Of a stretch of DNA of 64,000 nucleotides, positions 60,750-64,000 are shown in pieces. Source of the stretch: Squalus acanthias (Eukaryota); contig CM059431.1 in assembly GCA_030390025.1 (NCBI GenBank), forward strand, positions 126,358,001 to 126,422,000, given 5' to 3'. Below the pieces are notes generated by a model. The model was not told the DNA's origin. It did no database searches and saw nothing but the letters and a program-made list of their open reading frames with translations. How positions within the stretch are numbered: position 1 is the stretch's first letter; every line of letters begins with the position of its first letter. Made by a program: the position numbers and the translations under genes.

Positions 60750-61004
60750 AACCTTCAGCGTTCGATATAAATCGCTGAATTTTTTGCGACATTGCTCAGC
60801 TGTACGTGGAATGGTCGAGGTTGCGCTCACACTTTGAGCAACCTCTTTCCACGCTGCCATTCGGCCTTTTCGCGGCGGCTTGGACTTCTGAGTTCCAATT
60901 ATCCGTGAACGTTTCGATTCTACCTCGTCAAGAAGTGTACGGAGATCATCATCACTGAAATTCTGTGTTCTTTTGATAAATTGGATAGTGCTGATAGCAG
61001 CCAT
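60750..61004 (-). pseudogene. Harbinger Myb/SANT-like gene, exon 1
   Basis: KRTQNFSDDDLRTLLDEV...AWKEVA...RTAEQCRKKFSDL followed by a GT donor. Confidence 0.8.
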
Positions 61005-61479
61005 TTTCGTTTGCTGATTATAAACAGTTAAATCTCTGAAAAAAATGATTTCTGTGCTTTTAAAACTATTTAAATTACTTTAAATCTCTTTGCAAATGTT
61101 TAACATTACTCAAATTATACTAAAAATCTTTAAAAGTTTACAAAACCATGCATTTAAATCCTACTTACTGCAAATTCCACCTAAAACAGTGAGAAAACTG
61201 TGTCTTCAGCAGCTGTACAATGGTTTCAGTGGAGAAAAAAATCGGGGGCGTGGCCTATGGAAAAGAGACCTTAATGGGCGTGTCTCAATATACCCACCAT
61301 ATTGGTTTGCACTCGAACCTGATTATTTAAAGTGACCAGAGATAGCCGTAACTTGGCTATTTCTAACACAACATATCAAAGTGCTACACTTGGTTACATT
61401 AATGCGGGCTGTACTGGAAGTCGACCTCGCCCTCCAGGATCTACTGCGGAGGGAGTGCAGACAGCGAGAAAGATTGTAA

Positions 61480-62583
61480 CCTGTGGCCAGAGGGAGATGG
61501 AGGGGCATCAGGGCTCTCAACAGGAGGCCTTACCCTCCGACGGTATTCCGACAGCACTTCTCCTACCTTCAATTAAGCGAGGAGCAGTGTATTAGAAGGC
61601 TCCGCTTCACCAAGGTGATGGTCACAGAGCTCTGCCACCTCCTGCAATCAGACCTCGAGCCTCAGATCAGGACAACCACAGCTCTCCTAGTGGCAGTTAA
61701 GGTCACCGTCACCGTCAATTTCTCCGCCAGCGAATCCTTCCAGTATGCAACAGGAGATACAGCTTAACATCTTGCAGTTCGCCATCCATTGCTGCATCTG
61801 GGAGGTCACAGAGGCTCTCTACAGTAGGAAAAGGGACTACATTTCCTTCCCCATCACCAGAGAGAAGCAGGACGAGCGTGCATGTGGCTTTGTCAGGATA
61901 GCGGGATTCCCCATGGTGCAGGGCGCCATTGACTGCACCCACGTGGCTTTGCGGGCACCGTATAACAATCCTGAGATCTTCCGTAACTGCAAAGGTTACC
62001 ATTCGCTTAATGTGCAGTTGGTGTGCGACCACACACAGTGAATTCTCAATGTGAATGCCCGCTATCCTGGCAGCAGCCACAATGCCTTCATCTTGCGCCA
62101 GCACTCTTCCAACCACCACGTCAAGCTTGTGACTGGCTGGTCAGAAACAAGGGCTATCCGCTCTCCACCTGGCTCATGACTCCCCTCCTCAACCCCAACA
62201 ATCCTGCCCAGCACTCATATAATGAGAGCCATGCCGCCACCAGGAACATCATCGAGCAGACCATCGGGGTGCACAAGGAATGGTTCCGCTGCCTTGACCA
62301 TTCGGGAGGAGCCCTCCAGTACTCAGCTGAGTGGATGTCCCATTTCGTCGATGTCTGCTACATGCTCCACAATTTGGCCATCATGAGGGCCCAGCCCTTG
62401 CCACCAGGGATTGCAGGACCACCTCAGGAGGAGGAAGAGGGAGAGGAGGAGGACAAGAAGGAAGAGGAGGAACAGGAAGATGAGGAGGATGATGACTAGG
62501 AGGAAGAAGAGGAGTGAGGGAGGAGGCAGTCACTCAATCGGCTTTCCGGAAGGGACTGCTTCATCAGACTGTGGTTCCAATAA
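61480..62583 (+). pseudogene. Decayed Harbinger transposase (family of 47480-48431 and 12340-13420); Myb exon 3 remnant follows on - to 63270
   Basis: [76 protein letters not shown]. Confidence 0.88.
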
Positions 62584-63270
62584 ATTAAACCCCGGATCCC
62601 CATTGCTCACCACATCCCCATCATTCCATCCAGCTGAAATGAGACACACCAGAAAATAATCCAAACTGAATTAATACATTTATCAATAATCAGTTAACAC
62701 ATATTTACAACAACAATATTAAGTTTTCACCCTTGTGCAATCCCATAGTGCCTCTCGATATAGTGTCTTTGCCTACTCTAGCGCTCCTACGAAGTGTGGC
62801 CCAGTGGCTGCAGCAGGGCTGGTGGAAGGCTGCTGAGTGTCCGTGCAGGAGACTTCAGATGACCTTGCAGGATGCCCTCGACCAGTTCTGGGCCTGAAAG
62901 GCTGGCTGTAGACAGCACCACCTCAGCATGGGCGGCAGCAGTCTGGGCTGGCTGGATGACAGACAGCGACAAGGGCAATGACAGATTGCCAGTGGTGGGA
63001 GCAGGAATGCTGTCATCCTGAGAGAGGACAGCAAGTTCCTGCTCCACTGACCCACTGCCACTCCCCCGGGGCAGCACCTCAGCATTCCTAGCAATCTGTT
63101 GCAGCACAGATTGCTGGCCTGCTGCGACACTGTGAAAGCCCCGGTCGACGGTGGTAGATCCAGCCATGATGGCAGCAGTGAGAGCTTGCGTGACATCAAG
63201 CTGAGACTGCATGAGAGCAGTCTGAGTTTGAATGGCACAACCATAGACTGCATTAGAGAATTAAGACATT

Positions 63271-64000
63271 GGCCCAGTAATTAAACATCGATGGTTCCCG
63301 CGGGGGTAAGGATTCCCCGCGATATCGCACTCCGCGCCTACCTTTTTGTTTGGGGCCCACACGAACTTCAGTTTCAGGGCCTCTCCCTGTTGCAACCGTG
63401 CAGTGCTTGCGTGTCCCAGAGGCGCAATTAGTTCGTGCGAGCTCTGGGATCACGTGATTCAGTTAGAGCCAATGGCAGCACACCATCTTTCATTCATAGT
63501 TTTGACAGCAAGGACTGTCAAAGCTATGAATACTACAAGCCCCCAAAAGAACAGCTGAACCTCAATTAAATTTAAAAAAAAGCCATCACATTAATAAAAT
63601 ATCTATAGTTAAATAAATTAACCACTTTAAACAAAAAATTAAATTTTTGAAAAAATTTAAAATCTTTTTAAAAGTTATAAAAATAAACTTACCTTTCTTT
63701 AAAGTCTCTAAAAAAGATAAACCTGTTGAAAAAAAATTAAAATAACACTTAATTAACTACTTACCTTGTTAAAAGGGGGTCCTACGCCTGCTTTCTTTAT
63801 GTGTAAAATCTTCACCACTTACCTGCACGTTAAAACCTGAAAAAAAACCTAAGTGCACTGCGTGCGCACAGCCTGTAGCACGCACGTGGTTAACTTAGGA
63901 ACCGCCCCCTTTGCAATACACGAAGTGCCGGTTTCCCGCGCATGCGCAGTGCATGCAGGAAACCGGCAATTTGGGACCTAATACGCAAGAGTACACAGTG
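63271..64000. mobile_element. Hairpin-rich MITE, copy 3 (inverted relative to copy 2; runs off the window)
   Basis: Reverse complement of most of 49135-49900. Confidence 0.88.

Larger units (their letters stand above)
57688..61300. mobile_element. Harbinger element with AT-rich interior (transposase C-terminus on +, Myb/SANT on -); right end unclear
   Basis: Left TIR gggggagaaatttgg after TAT; convergent transposase and Myb ORFs. Confidence 0.65.

Overview
Repeat-dominated vertebrate genomic DNA, most likely from a cartilaginous fish. That assignment is inferred from HE1-type V-SINEs, a Deu-SINE-type tail, CR1 tails and abundant RTE, CR1-group and PIF/Harbinger elements. I could not support any host protein-coding gene. 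The standout is a very young 9,347-bp LTR provirus-like element (1120-10466) with 1,650-bp LTRs in which I see one mismatch and a CGCC target-site duplication (TSD). It encodes: (i) a Gag with overlapping PSAP/PPxY late domains, a capsid-like region and a CCHC knuckle; (ii) a UGA-CUAG stop read in frame into a non-enzymatic coiled-coil/acidic/Pro-rich ORF located where pol should be, with no protease, RT, RNase H or integrase motifs anywhere in the element; (iii) an Env built from signal peptide + Ig-like domain + furin-cleaved class I fusion protein of paramyxo/pneumovirus-F-like layout, split by one -1 frameshift. It looks like a pol-less, enveloped, helper-dependent element possibly related to lokiretroviruses or env-bearing Gypsy elements. 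A related 1.7-kb solo LTR lies at 33721-35433. The rest is a deeply nested set of decayed Harbinger transposons (DDE transposase + Myb/SANT gene), Harbinger-type MITEs, RTE and CR1-group LINEs, SINEs and VNTRs. Family names come from motif recognition only; no database searches were run.
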